From Salinispira sp. (GTDB taxonomy: Bacteria > Spirochaetota > Spirochaetia > DSM-27196 > Salinispiraceae), in assembly GCA_965226555.1 (NCBI GenBank), contig CBDDDG010000010.1, forward strand, positions 224,001 to 288,000: DNA of 64,000 nucleotides, in the 5' to 3' direction. The position numbers and the translations under genes are program-made. Within the stretch, counting starts at the first letter, position 1. Every line of letters starts with the position of its first letter. Shown in pieces: positions 38,045 to 50,130 of the stretch. The notes beneath the pieces are model-generated. The model ran no database searches and was not told the origin of the DNA. It saw nothing but the letters and a program-made list of their open reading frames with translations.

Positions 38045-40633
38045 ATGTCAGAAAAGTATCTTGTCATCGTTGAATCGCCGACAAAGGCGCGCACAATTTC
38101 CCGCTTCCTGCCCAAAAATTTCATTGTGGAGGCAAGCATCGGGCATGTCCGCGATCTTCCCCAAACAGCAGCCGACATTCCGGCATCGAAAAAAGACCTG
38201 CCCTGGGCACGGCTGGGAATTGATGTTGATAATGACTTTGCTCCCCTGTATACAACACCAAAGGGGAAGGGAAAAATTATTAACACCCTCAAAAGACGGA
38301 TAAAAGAGGTGCGGGGTTTGTATCTCGCTACCGACGAAGACAGGGAGGGGGAGAGCATAAGCTGGCATCTGATCCAGATTCTGAAACCGGAAAAGCTGAA
38401 AATTCCGGTAAAACGAATGGTCTTCCATGAAATTACCCGAACCGCTATTACCGCTGCGCTTAATCATACCCGCGATGTTGATATGGATTTGGTGCGCGCT
38501 CAGGAAACCCGCAGAGTTCTGGATCGGCTGTATGGTTTTACCCTTTCTCCCCTTATTTGGAAAAAAATTGCCTTCGGGCTTTCGGCCGGACGCGTTCAGA
38601 GCCCTGGTTTGCGTATGATTGTTGAAAGAGAACGGCTACGCATGAGCTTTGTGCAATCGGTCTTTTGGGACATTCGGGCTGTGCTTAAATGTTTGGCTGC
38701 CGATCCGGAAAAAGATTTTGAGGCGCGTTTAACACACATGAGGGGAAAACGGCTTGTATCGGGAAAGGATTTTAATCCGGAAACCGGCCTCATCAAAAAT
38801 TACCCTGAAAACAACAGTAAAAATCACCCTGAAAACCAGACAAACAACGAAGACATTCTCACTCTTTCGGAGGCCGATACTACTGCTGTTCGGAAAGCAC
38901 TTCGTGAAGAGAAATGGCGGGTTATTAATGTAAAAGAGCGGGAAAGTCAGAGCCATCCTGCCGCTCCCTTTATTACATCGACCCTTCAGCAGGACGGCAA
39001 CCGCAAACTGGGCATGTCTGCCCGGGAAACCATGCGCACGGCTCAGCGTCTCTATGAAGAGGGCTTCATAACCTACATGCGTACCGACAGCCCGACCCTG
39101 AGCGCCGAGGCAATACAGGGGGCGCGGAATGTGGTTACGGAACTCTTCGGAGAAAAATATCTGAGTCAGCGCACGCGGCAATTCAGCAGCAAAAGCAAGA
39201 ACGCGCAGGAAGCCCATGAGGCAATTCGTCCAGCGGGATCACAGTTCACTCATCCCGATAAAACCGGCCTGAGCGGGCGTGAAAAAGCGCTGTATGAGCT
39301 CATATGGAAACGGACACTTGCCACTCAAATGGCATCTGCTGTTAAATCGGGAAGCACCGTAAAAATTCAGGCCGGCGATGCTGTTTTTCAGGCAAACGGA
39401 ACCAAAATACTCTTTCAGGGTTTTCTGAAACTGTACATGGCAGACGGCAGTAATGACGAGGCAATTTTGCCCGATCTGAAAGAGGGGCAGGTCTGCGCAG
39501 TGCAGAGCCTTGAAAATCAGCGCCATGAAACAAAACCACCTGCCCGCTACACCGAGGCGAGTCTTATTCAGAATTTAGAGAAGCTGGGCATCGGTCGGCC
39601 GAGTACCTATTCGAGTATTATTGGCATACTTCTCGACCGCAACTATGTGCGAAAAAACAAGGACGTACTCATACCAAGTTTCATTGGTATGGCGGTAACG
39701 CAGTTCCTTGAGAAAAATTTCGCGCATCTCATTACATACACCTTTACATCCGATATGGAGACCAGTCTTGACCGCATTTCCACCGGCGATGAGAACAATC
39801 TGAATTATCTGCGGAGTTTTTACTGCGGGTCAGAGGGATTGAAAGCTCAGGTCGATAAGCGGGAAGCCGGTATTCAGCCTGAGGAATCGCGAAAAATTGT
39901 TCTGCCTCGGGCGAGCGGCGGCGCGGAAATACGCGTCGGGCGCTTTGGTCCCTACATTGTTGCAGACGGTCCGGACGGCAAGAAGATTCACAGTACTATT
40001 CCCGAAGAAATTGCGCCGGCCGATCTCAGTCCTCAAGATATAAAAACCCTTATTGACGTTCAGATCAAGGGACCTGAGCCGATCGGCCGCGATCCGAAAA
40101 CAGACAAGCCGATTTTCTGTCTCAGCGGCCGTTACGGTTTCTATGTGCAGCTTGGAGAGGTGAGTGAAGAAGAACCAAAACCCCGGCGGGCGAGCGTTCC
40201 GCGGAATCAAAATCCGCGTGAAATTACTCTGGAAGATGCGCTGAAGTATCTGAGTATTCCGCGTATCCTCGGGACACACCCCAAAACGGGTAAGGACATT
40301 GTTGCAGGCATTGGACGTTTTGGTCCCTTTGTAACCCACGATGGAAATTTCAGAAGCCTTAAAAAGGATGATGATGTGTACAGTGTCGGCCGTGACCGGG
40401 CGCTTGAGCTGCTCAACGAAGCCAAATCTTCCCAAAGACGACAGAGCACCCTTATAAAGGAAGTGGGAGATTTCGATAAGAAAAAAATTGCCCTCTATTC
40501 CGGAAAGTACGGACCATACATTAAATTCGGAACAAAAAACATTCCTCTGCCGGGCAAAGAGAATAATGAGGAAGACATAAAGAAATTGAGTCTGAAAGAA
40601 TGTGTTGATATTATCAGGAATTGGAAAAAATAA
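38045..40633 (+). CDS. topA: DNA topoisomerase I (C-terminal Topo_C repeat type)
   Basis: IVESPTKA, ATDEDREGE, SAGRVQS, ITYMRTDS, QEAHEAIRP, GIGRPSTY, GRFGPY repeats. Confidence 0.97.
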   Translation: MSEKYLVIVESPTKARTISRFLPKNFIVEASIGHVRDLPQTAADIPASKKDLPWARLGIDVDNDFAPLYTTPKGKGKIINTLKRRIKEVRGLYLATDEDREGESISWHLIQILKPEKLKIPVKRMVFHEITRTAITAALNHTRDVDMDLVRAQETRRVLDRLYGFTLSPLIWKKIAFGLSAGRVQSPGLRMIVERERLRMSFVQSVFWDIRAVLKCLAADPEKDFEARLTHMRGKRLVSGKDFNPETGLIKNYPENNSKNHPENQTNNEDILTLSEADTTAVRKALREEKWRVINVKERESQSHPAAPFITSTLQQDGNRKLGMSARETMRTAQRLYEEGFITYMRTDSPTLSAEAIQGARNVVTELFGEKYLSQRTRQFSSKSKNAQEAHEAIRPAGSQFTHPDKTGLSGREKALYELIWKRTLATQMASAVKSGSTVKIQAGDAVFQANGTKILFQGFLKLYMADGSNDEAILPDLKEGQVCAVQSLENQRHETKPPARYTEASLIQNLEKLGIGRPSTYSSIIGILLDRNYVRKNKDVLIPSFIGMAVTQFLEKNFAHLITYTFTSDMETSLDRISTGDENNLNYLRSFYCGSEGLKAQVDKREAGIQPEESRKIVLPRASGGAEIRVGRFGPYIVADGPDGKKIHSTIPEEIAPADLSPQDIKTLIDVQIKGPEPIGRDPKTDKPIFCLSGRYGFYVQLGEVSEEEPKPRRASVPRNQNPREITLEDALKYLSIPRILGTHPKTGKDIVAGIGRFGPFVTHDGNFRSLKKDDDVYSVGRDRALELLNEAKSSQRRQSTLIKEVGDFDKKKIALYSGKYGPYIKFGTKNIPLPGKENNEEDIKKLSLKECVDIIRNWKK

Positions 40634-40662
40634 AAGCTGCCTCATACTGTATGAGGCAGCTT
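40634..40662. terminator. Hairpin between convergent topA and chitinase genes
   Basis: AAGCTGCCTCATAC-T-GTATGAGGCAGCTT perfect inverted repeat directly after the topA stop. Confidence 0.7.
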
Positions 40663-40702
40663 CATGGGTGGGCTCAGCTGTTTTTCGTTAGTTGTTTATA
40701 AC

Positions 40703-43700
40703 TTACTCGGGTAGTAAATATTTTTGTCTTATGACTCTTCTTTCACCACCAGAAATTTGCCATTCAACAGTGACATAATCACTTCCCCCGCCTTCCTTGT
40801 GAAGTACTTCAACGTAATACTTGGTACCGGCAACTAAGTTTTGGGTCACTGATTGCCGTTTGTTATCAGAGGCAATTTTTTGTTTGCTATCTGGAGAAGA
40901 ACCAAAATACAATTCAGCCTGATTATCAGCAGCAATCCAGAACGTATAGGTTCCTGTTACCTGTGGTGTAATATACCCATATATTCTTTGGCCGTAATCA
41001 TTTCTCCAATTTTTTGGAGCGACAAAATCATAAACCACACTGCGATAATCGGGATTATGAGGATAATTTGAATTATTCGTTAAATCGGCAATGCTGTTGC
41101 CGGTAATGTCAAGCCAGAGATCTCTTTTCAGTCCGCCGCCAACGGGGAAAGATACCTTACTCGCAGAAGGTAATCTACGGGTAGGATCCCCAACCTCAAG
41201 CATCGCCCTGAGAAGTGACCGAGGATCTTGTAGTGGAAGATCAAAACCCATTTCCCAGATCATGATTCCTCCCAGTTTTTCATTAATTGCCATATTTGTT
41301 TTTCTCTTGATCAGATCAATATTGTTAATTTTATAGCCATCTACAACATTTTGAGAAGAAGGCATATCAGGATAGTTTGTCCGAATAGTACGATATGAAG
41401 ATTCATATCCATCCCAGAAAGTATACCAGGCCTGTGGCGCTGACGCTGGAGCAACCCCATAGAAGCCAGTCCCAATGTTTAGTTGCTCACGCGCAAATCC
41501 TTTGTCAAGGAATGCATTCATCTCATCTACCGCATCACCATATGTATCATTACCCCATTCACCAAAACTATCCTGGCCCGAACTCTCGTATGCCATAATA
41601 TTCACATAATCAACGGCATTGACAACTGAGGCAGGCGCAGAATCTATTAGGGACAAACCACTAACTACAGCAATTGAGAGTTTTTTCCCATCCGCATTCA
41701 ATTCTGCTTTCAACTCGGTTAAATAGGTAACAAATGCAGGCCATTGACCGCTAGATGGCCATTCCCAATCGATATCAAGACCATAAAAACCGTTATTAAC
41801 AATAAACTCTACTATATTCCGGATATTTTTCGCCCGCTTTGTTGGATTACCTATGATATTGCCCAGTCCGCCGCCGCTGGGTGATGACCCCGCGCTGTAC
41901 CATAGCCGCGCGCTCTTTCCGGCGGCAGCTGTTTTAAAATTCTGCAGCCCATCTGGTTGAGAATCGGGTTCGAGTATATCAATATACGTATGAGCAAGAA
42001 GAATGACATCTGTCAGATAATCAAATATATTATCTTCAACGTAATATTGAGTATTATCCGTAGAATCATTATAATCAAAATCACGATACGGGGTATACCC
42101 GACAATTCGCAGCTTGGGATTGCCGACAGGTGTAGTTGCCGAAGCAGCTTCTGACCAATCACTCAGACCCGCAGCGTTCCGTGCGAGAATCCGCACATCA
42201 TACTTGGTGCTCTCATACAGTCCCGTAATGGTGTAGATCTTGTACGCGGCAATTGGAATTACAATAATAGGAGCAGCATTCATCCAGTTACTTTCCGAGA
42301 GCTTATACTGTAGTTGATACCCGGTAATGGGGGTGCCGCCATTGGCCGGCGCCGTCCATGTTGCGGTAATTTTCCCACTCCTCGCGACAAGACTGGGAGC
42401 AGCAGGCGCAGAAGGAGGACTGAATGTACTCTCCGAAACAGTTTGTGACCAATCACCCAGACCCAGACCGTTCAGTGCGCGCATCCGCACATCATACCTC
42501 GTGCTCTCACGCAGTCCCGTAATCTCGTAGGTGGCGGCAGCGCTCCCAATTACAATCGTATTCCCCCAGCTGCTTGTAGAGTTAGGCTTATACTGTAGAT
42601 GATACGAGCTAATGCGGCGGCCGCCATTGTTCGGCTCCGTCCATGTTACGGTAATTTTCCCACCCCCCGCGACAAGCATAGGAACAGGCGCAGAAGGAGG
42701 ACCGACTGGAGTTGCAACAGCAGGTGCTGACCACGAACTATTGCCCCCCTTATTTACGGCAAGCACTACTACACCGTAGGCAATGGTGTTTGTCAATCCG
42801 GTAATGGTGTGGCTTGTGCCGGTAATTCCCTCAATGCTCCCTATCAAGCTACTATCAGACGTATTATTTGAATCATAATATAACAATTCATACCCGGTAA
42901 TGGAGCCGCCGCCGTTCTCTTCCGGCGCCGTCCATGTTGCAATAATCTGCCTATCACCCGCGACAAGCGTGGGAGGAGCAGGCGCAGAAGGAGGTGCTGC
43001 AGGGGTTGCTGTGGCCGATGCGCCCCACGCGCCCACACCCATCGCATTCACAAAGCGCACCTGTACTTCATAGCTGTTGCCGTTTGTCAGTCCGGTAATT
43101 ATATGACTACATACTTCGTCGACCGTATCCTTGCATATGTTCGTGAATCCGGAGGTAATCTCCGTCCAGCTTCCGCTGCTGCCTTCGCGATAACGCAGGT
43201 GAGAGGCAGTGATCGCACTCTCGCCATCATCGCTTGAGATCCTCAACTGGAATATATGAACCACAAGTTCCGTGTTCCGTATTTCAATTGTCGGAGCAGC
43301 AGGCGCAGGAGGAGGTGCTGCGGGGGTTGCTGCGGCACTTTCCGACGGGGTGCTATTGCCCGTGACATTGACAGCGTACACCTGCACCTCGTACGCGGTA
43401 CCGTTTGTTAGGCCCGTAATGGTGTGGCTTGTCGCGGCAATGGAGGAAATGGTCGTTGTCGTATTCGAATCCAGCCAGCTTCCTGCCGGGCTGGTAACTT
43501 CGCGATACTGTAGTTCATAGGTAATAGGGCTGCCGCCGTCATCGGTCGGAGCCGTCCATGCTGCGGTAATCTGCGTATCTCCTGCTGTGAGCACAAGCGC
43601 GGTCGGCCGCATGGGAAGATTGCCAACAGGGGATGCTCCTGTACTCGGTTCCGACCATTCGCCCTTCCCCATCACGTTCACGGCGCGTGCGCGCACCTCG

Positions 43701-44688
43701 TACGCGGTGCTGTTTGTCAGGTCCGTGATGGTGTGGCTTGTCGCAGTACCTTCAACAATAATAGCGGGATCGTCCGCTTCAGGAATCCAGTTTTCTGCCG
43801 GGCTGGCAACTTCGCGATACTGTAGTTCATACCCGGTAATGGGGCTGCCGCCATTGTTCGGAGCAGTCCAGTGAACCGTGAGTTCCCCATTCCCCGGGAC
43901 AAGCCTGGGAGCAGCAGGCGCGACAGGAGGTGTTGCGGGGGTTGCTATGGCACTTTCCGACGGGGTACCACCGCCCGTGACATTGACAGCGTACACCTGC
44001 ACCTCGTACGCGGTACCGTTTGTCAGCCCCGTAATGGTGTGGCTTGTGTTTATGCCGATGCACGTCGGGGGAAATGGTCGTTGTCGTATTCGAATCCAGC
44101 CAGCTTCCTGCCGGGTCGGCAACTTCGCGATACTGTAGTTCATATCCGGTAATGGGGCTGCCTCCGTCATCGGCAGGCGCCGTCCATGCTGCGGTAATGT
44201 TCGTATCTCCTGCTGTGAGCACAAGCGCGGTCGGCTGCATGGGAAGATTGTCAACAGGGACTCCTCCTGTCGCTCGGTTCCGACCATTCGCCCTTCCCCA
44301 TCACGTTCACGGCGCGTGCGCGCACCTCGTACTCGGTGCTGTTTGTCATGCCCGTGATGGTGTGGCTTGTCGCAGTACTTTCAACAATAATAGCGGGATC
44401 GTCCGCTTCAGGAATCCAGTTTCCTGCCGGTCCGGCAACTTCGCGATACTGTAGTTCATATCCGGTAATGGGGCTGCCTCCGTCATCGGCAGGCGCCGTC
44501 CAGTGAACCGTGAGTTCCTCATCCCCCGGGACAAGCCTAGGAGCAGCCATTTCGCCCGGCGGGGTTGAGACCGCCACCGGCTCCGCCGCCGAATCGATAT
44601 CCAGTATTGGACATCCGGCAAGCAATGCAATAAAAATTGCGCTCAGTACAAGAATAATTGGTATAATATGGGATTTTTTGAAACACAT
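40703..44688 (-). pseudogene. Degraded duplicate of the Fn3x8-GH18-PA14 lipoprotein
   Basis: Near-identical to 45897-49898 but has two frameshifts (+1 near 44269; 12 nt replaced by 22 nt at 44048-44069) and lacks the 56-bp segment carrying the RBS. GH18 motif GLDIDWE is retained. Assembly error cannot be excluded. Confidence 0.75.
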
Positions 44689-44839
44689 ACTGTAGGGTAA
44701 CAGAATGTGCTGGAGAATTGTGGGGTAATTTTTTCTGAAATGTGGTAATTTCTTAACCATTAAACAAAACTGCCGCGCATATTTATGAAGCGGTTCTGTC
44801 ATCCAGATTAATGTTGATTATTTCAGGTAAGTTGCCGTT

Positions 44840-45896
44840 TTACACAGTTTCCACAAACACGTACCATGTAAAACCGCGCGCTGCTATTGATACCGGTATA
44901 TCAATGCAGTAATTTCGGTCGAGAATATATTTCTCATATGTGCGTTCTTTCTCGGATACGTACACATTTTCGGAAAGTCCCGTATAGTAGAGAGGAATTT
45001 TTATACGTTCTTCCAATGTATGTGAAGATGGGTTATAGAATAGTGCTAATCCTCTATTGTATGGTATTTTGTAAGCGGACAAAATGTCCATAACATTGTT
45101 GGAGGTCTGTCCCATGTTCCATCGTATATATTCTGCCGCCCCAGTACTATCTGCCTGTTTCGCGGTAAGCTCCAATTTACCTCTCTGTACCCAACACCTG
45201 TCTGATTTGATCCGGATAGCATATATGAATCGGGAACACGTACATACACACCGCGGGAGCGAAGCCATGTGTAGAAAGCAATTATCGTTTGCCATTGTGT
45301 CCATATGGAATCGCCAAGTCCCTTATGACCAGGATGTTTTGTAGAGGCACATACATCAGCAGGATATGAACCATCATGAACGAATGTTTTTAGATCTAAT
45401 TCTTCAAAAATGGAATAAAGAGAATCAAAATACCTCTGTCCCCATTCTGATCCAAGGCACGGAGAATTTCCAAACCGGGGGGCACCCTTGATATGCAGTA
45501 CTGTCTCGTCTACTTCCTGAATTGCTTCAATGCCCTCTTCGAGAACCGGAGCGCTGATACTGCTGGTCTTACCGGTAAAAGGATTTACGACATCATGTTC
45601 ATCACTTATGCTTCTCGACGCCAGAAGAGAATATCCGCCATATTCTATTTTCTCATTGTCCAGCACATTACCGTATTGTTTCCTGAATTGTTTAAGCATT
45701 TCCATAAATTCTGCATTTGTCTGACTGCCCGTTCCACATCCTGTGCTTTGTTGGAAATGAGATGAAACATTAAAGGATTTTCAGTAACCCATGGGGCAAT
45801 GGTTCTGTACATTTGGGAGCGGGCCAAACCTCTCCGTTGCCTGTCGGTACTGGAATGAATGAGTTGATATTCACGAAATCCGGTAAGTTCGGCACA
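44840..45896 (-). pseudogene. Fragmented glycoside hydrolase (alpha-galactosidase-like) remnant
   Basis: Pieces in different frames: MYRTIAPWVTENP; GNSPCLGSEWG..HDGSYP..GYREVNWSLPR..RQNIYDGTW; GLALFYNP..IPLYYTGL. No 5' end, apparent internal deletions. Confidence 0.6.
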
Positions 45897-48800
45897 TTAT
45901 GGTTCTAAATATTTTTGTCTTATGACCCCTCTTTCACCACCAGAAATTTGCCATGCAACAGCAACATGATCGCCTCCCCCGCCTGCCTTGTGAAGTACTT
46001 CAACATAATACCGAGTACCGGCAACTAAATTTTGGGTCACTGATTGCTGTGAGCTATATTTATCCCATTGATCTACATTAGTCCCTCCCGACTCGGGAAT
46101 GGAGGCAATTTTTTGTGTGCTATTTGGAGAAGAACCAAAATACAGTGCAGCCTGATTATCAGCAGCAATCCAGAACGTATAGGTTCCTGTTACCTGTGGT
46201 GTAATATACCCATATATTCTTTGGCCGTAATTATCTCTCCAATTTTTTGGAGCGACAAAATCATAAACCACACTGTGATAATCGGGATTATGAGGATAAT
46301 TTGAATTATTCGTTAAATTGGCAATGGTGTCGCCGGTAATGTTAAGCCAGATATCTCTTTTCAGTCCGCCGCCAACGGGGAAAGATACCTTACTCGCAGA
46401 AGGTAATGTACGGGTAGGCTCCGCAATCTCAACCATCGCCCTGAGAAGTGACCGAGGATCTTGTAGTGGAATATCAAAACCCATTTCCCAGATCATGAGT
46501 CCTCCCAGATTTTCATTAATTGCCAGATTTGTTTTTCTCTTGATCAGATCAATATTGTTAAAAGCATAGCCATCTGCAACATCTTGAGAAGAAGGCATAT
46601 CAGGATAGAGTGTCCGAATAGTACGATATGATCCTTCATATCCATCCCAGAAATTATACCAGCCGTGTGGCAATGACCCTTCATTGGTATGGCGTCCATA
46701 GAAGGCAACCGCAATGTTTATTTGCTCACGCGTAAATCCTTTGTTAAGGAATGCATTCATCTCATCTACCGCATCACTATAGGTAGCATGACCACCTCCG
46801 CCCCGCCTATCGTATGCCATAACATTCACATAATCAACGGCATTGACAACTGAGGCAGGCGCAGAACCTATATTCCCACTATATGAAGCAATTGAGAGTT
46901 TTTTCCCCTCCGCATGCAATGCTGCTTTCAACTCGGTCAAATAGGTATTAAATGCAGGCCATTGACCGCCAGAGGGGTATTCCCAATCGATATCAAGACC
47001 ATAAAAACCGTTATTAACAATAAACCCTACTACATTCCGGATGTTTTCCGCCCGCTTTGTTGGATTACCTATGATATTGCCCAGTCCGCCGCCGCTGGGT
47101 GATGACCCCGAGCAGTACCATAACCGCGCTCTCTTTCCGGCGGCAGCTGTTTTAAAATTCTGCAGCCCATCTGGTTGAGAATCGGGTGTGAGTATATCAA
47201 TATACGTATGAGCAAGAAGAATGGCATCTGTCAGATAATCAAATACATTATCTTCAATTAAATATTGAGTAATATCCGTAGAATCAGTATACGCAAAATC
47301 ACGATACGGGGTATACCCGACAATTCGCAGCTTGGGATTGCCATTGCCGAGGGGTGTAGTTGCCGAAGCAGCTTCTGACCAATCACTCAGACCCGCAGCG
47401 TTCCTTGCGAGAATCCGCACATCATACTTGGTGTCCCCATACAGTCCCGTAATGGTGTAGATGGGAAACCTGTGCGCGGGAATTTCAATAATAGGAGCAG
47501 CATTCATCCAGTTACTTTCCGAGAGCTTATACTGTAGATGATACAAGAAAATGGGGGTGCCGCCATTGGCCGGCGCCGTCCATGTTGCGGTAATTTCCCC
47601 ATTCCCCGCAACAAGACTGGGAGCAGCAGGCGCAGAAGGAGGACCGAATGTACTCTCCGAAACAGTTTGTGACCAATCACCCAGACCCAGACCGTTCCGT
47701 GCGCGCATCCGCACATCATACCTCGTGCTCTCACGCAGTCCCGTAATGTCGTAGGTGGCGGAGGCGCTCCCAATTACAATCGTATCTCCCCAGCTGCTTG
47801 TAGAGTTAGGCTTATACTGTAGATGATACGAGCTAATGCGGCGGCCGCCATTGTTCGGCTCCGTCCATGTTACGGTAATTTTCCCACCCCCCGCGACAAG
47901 CATAGGAACAGGCGCAGAAGGAGGACCGACTGGAGTTGCAACAGCAGGTGCTGACCACGGACTATTGCCCCCCTTATTTACGGCAAGCACTACTACACCG
48001 TAGGCAATGGTGTTTGTCAATCCGGTAATGGTGTGGCTTGTGCCGGTAATTCCCTCAATGCTCCCTATCAAGCTACTATCAGACGGATTATTTGAATCAT
48101 AATATAACAATTCATACCCGGTAATGGAGCCGCCGCCGTCCTCGGTCGGCGCCGTCCATGTTGCAATAATCTGCCTATCACCCGCGACAAGCGTGGGAGG
48201 AGCAGGCGCAGAAGGAGGTGCTGCAGGGGTTGCTGTGGCCGATGCGCCCCACGCGCCCACACCCATCGCATTCACAAAGCGCACCTGTACTTCATAGCTG
48301 TTGCCGTTTGTCAGTCCGGTAATTATATGACTACATACGTCGACCGTATCCTTGCATATGTTCGTGAAGCCGGAGGTAATCTCCGTCCAGCTTCCGCTGC
48401 TGCCCTCGCGATAACGCAGGTGAGAGGCAGTGATCGCACTCTCGCCATCATCGCTTGATATCCTCAACTGGAATATATGAACCACAAGTTCCGTGTCCCT
48501 TATTTCAATTGTCGGAGCAGCAGGCGCAGGAGGAGGTGCTGCGGGGGTTGCTGCGGCACTTTCCGACGGGGTGCTATTGCCCGTGACATTGACAGCGTAC
48601 ACCTGCACCTCGTACGCGGTACCGTTTGTTAGGCCCGTAATGGTGTGGCTTGTCGCGGCAATGGAGGAAATGGTCGTTGTCGTATTCGAATCCAGCCAGC
48701 TTCCTGCCGGGCTGGTAACTTCGCGATACTGTAGTTCATAGGTAATAGGGCTGCCGCCGTCATCGGTCGGAGCCGTCCATGCTGCGGTAATCTGCGTATC

Positions 48801-49898
48801 TCCTGCTGTGAGCACAAGCGCGGTCGGCCGCATGGGAAGATTGCCAACAGGGGATGCTCCTGTACTCGGTTCCGACCATTCGCCCTTCCCCATCACGTTC
48901 ACGGCGCGTGCGCGCACCTCGTACGCGGTGCTGTTTTTCAGGTCCGTGATGGTGTGGCTTGTCGCAGTACCTTCAACAATAATAGCGGGATCGTCCGCTT
49001 CAGGAATCCAGTTTCCTGCCGGTCCGGCAACTTCGCGATACTGTAGTTCATACCCGGTAATGGGGCTGCCGCCATTGTTCGGAGAAGTCCAGTGAACCGT
49101 GAGTTCCCCATTCCCCGGGACAAGCGTGGGAGCAGCAGGCGCTACAGGAGGTGTTGCGGGGGTTGCTATGGCACTTTCCGACGGGGTACCACCGCCCGTG
49201 ACATTGACAGCGTACACCTGCACCTCGTACGCGGTACCGTTTGTTAGGCCCGTAATGGTGTGGCTTGTCGCGGCAATGGAGGAAATGGTCGTTGTCGTAT
49301 TCGAATCCAGCCAGCTTCCTGCCGGGTCGGCAACTTCGCGATACTGTAGTTCATATCCGGTAATGGCGGGTCTGCCGTTCTCTTCCGGCGCCGTCCATGT
49401 TGCGATAATCTGCGTATCTCCTGCTGTGAGCACAAGCGCGGTCGGCCGCATGGGAAGATTGCCAACAGGGGCTCCTCCTTCGCTCGGTTCCGACCAGTCG
49501 CCCTTCCCCATCACGTTCACGGCGCGTGCGCGCACCTCGTACTCGGTGCTGTTTGTCATGCCCGTGATGGTGTGGCTTGTCGCAGTACTTTCAACAATAA
49601 TAGCGGGATCGTCCGCTTCAGGAATCCAGTTTTCTGCCGGTCCGGCAACTTCGCGATACTGTAGTTCATATCCGGTAATGGGGCTGCCTCCGTCATCGGC
49701 AGGCGCCGTCCAGTGAACCGTGAGTTCCTCATCCCCCGGGACAAGCCTAGGAGCAGCCATTTCGCCCGGCGGGGTTGAGACCGCCACCGGCTCCGCCGCC
49801 GAATCGATATCCAGTATTGGACATCCGGCAAGCAATGCAATAAAAATTGCACTCAGTACAAGAATAATTGGTATAATATGGGATTTTTTGAAACACAT
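45897..49898 (-). CDS. Surface lipoprotein: 8 Fn3 domains + GH18 chitinase-like domain + PA14 domain
   Basis: RBS GGAGG, lipobox LLAG-C, eight Fn3 repeats, GLDIDWEYP (DxDxE), VNVMAYD, GGLMIWE, and PA14 motif GYITP..TGTYTFWIAADN. Confidence 0.9.
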   Translation of the reverse strand: MCFKKSHIIPIILVLSAIFIALLAGCPILDIDSAAEPVAVSTPPGEMAAPRLVPGDEELTVHWTAPADDGGSPITGYELQYREVAGPAENWIPEADDPAIIVESTATSHTITGMTNSTEYEVRARAVNVMGKGDWSEPSEGGAPVGNLPMRPTALVLTAGDTQIIATWTAPEENGRPAITGYELQYREVADPAGSWLDSNTTTTISSIAATSHTITGLTNGTAYEVQVYAVNVTGGGTPSESAIATPATPPVAPAAPTLVPGNGELTVHWTSPNNGGSPITGYELQYREVAGPAGNWIPEADDPAIIVEGTATSHTITDLKNSTAYEVRARAVNVMGKGEWSEPSTGASPVGNLPMRPTALVLTAGDTQITAAWTAPTDDGGSPITYELQYREVTSPAGSWLDSNTTTTISSIAATSHTITGLTNGTAYEVQVYAVNVTGNSTPSESAAATPAAPPPAPAAPTIEIRDTELVVHIFQLRISSDDGESAITASHLRYREGSSGSWTEITSGFTNICKDTVDVCSHIITGLTNGNSYEVQVRFVNAMGVGAWGASATATPAAPPSAPAPPTLVAGDRQIIATWTAPTEDGGGSITGYELLYYDSNNPSDSSLIGSIEGITGTSHTITGLTNTIAYGVVVLAVNKGGNSPWSAPAVATPVGPPSAPVPMLVAGGGKITVTWTEPNNGGRRISSYHLQYKPNSTSSWGDTIVIGSASATYDITGLRESTRYDVRMRARNGLGLGDWSQTVSESTFGPPSAPAAPSLVAGNGEITATWTAPANGGTPIFLYHLQYKLSESNWMNAAPIIEIPAHRFPIYTITGLYGDTKYDVRILARNAAGLSDWSEAASATTPLGNGNPKLRIVGYTPYRDFAYTDSTDITQYLIEDNVFDYLTDAILLAHTYIDILTPDSQPDGLQNFKTAAAGKRARLWYCSGSSPSGGGLGNIIGNPTKRAENIRNVVGFIVNNGFYGLDIDWEYPSGGQWPAFNTYLTELKAALHAEGKKLSIASYSGNIGSAPASVVNAVDYVNVMAYDRRGGGGHATYSDAVDEMNAFLNKGFTREQINIAVAFYGRHTNEGSLPHGWYNFWDGYEGSYRTIRTLYPDMPSSQDVADGYAFNNIDLIKRKTNLAINENLGGLMIWEMGFDIPLQDPRSLLRAMVEIAEPTRTLPSASKVSFPVGGGLKRDIWLNITGDTIANLTNNSNYPHNPDYHSVVYDFVAPKNWRDNYGQRIYGYITPQVTGTYTFWIAADNQAALYFGSSPNSTQKIASIPESGGTNVDQWDKYSSQQSVTQNLVAGTRYYVEVLHKAGGGGDHVAVAWQISGGERGVIRQKYLEP

Positions 49899-50130
49899 AA
49901 TGTAGCCTCCAGCATAAAATTGTTTGGATTATAGGTACATTTCCTATAATATATTCTGTAGGGTAACAGAATGTGCTGGAGAATTGTGGGGTAATTTTTT
50001 CTGAAATGTGGTAATTATTTTAAATAACCGGCTGTCTGAAGACAATCAGACAACCATGAAGTGTATCAGCCTCTCTCCCATCCACAAACCTGTCCTGCCA
50101 ATATGCTCAGAAAGGGCATGTCGATAGATT

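Noticed and set aside
40703..49898. Diversity-generating retroelement (template/variable repeat pair)
   Set aside because: No reverse transcriptase in the window, and the differences include indels and are not confined to adenines.
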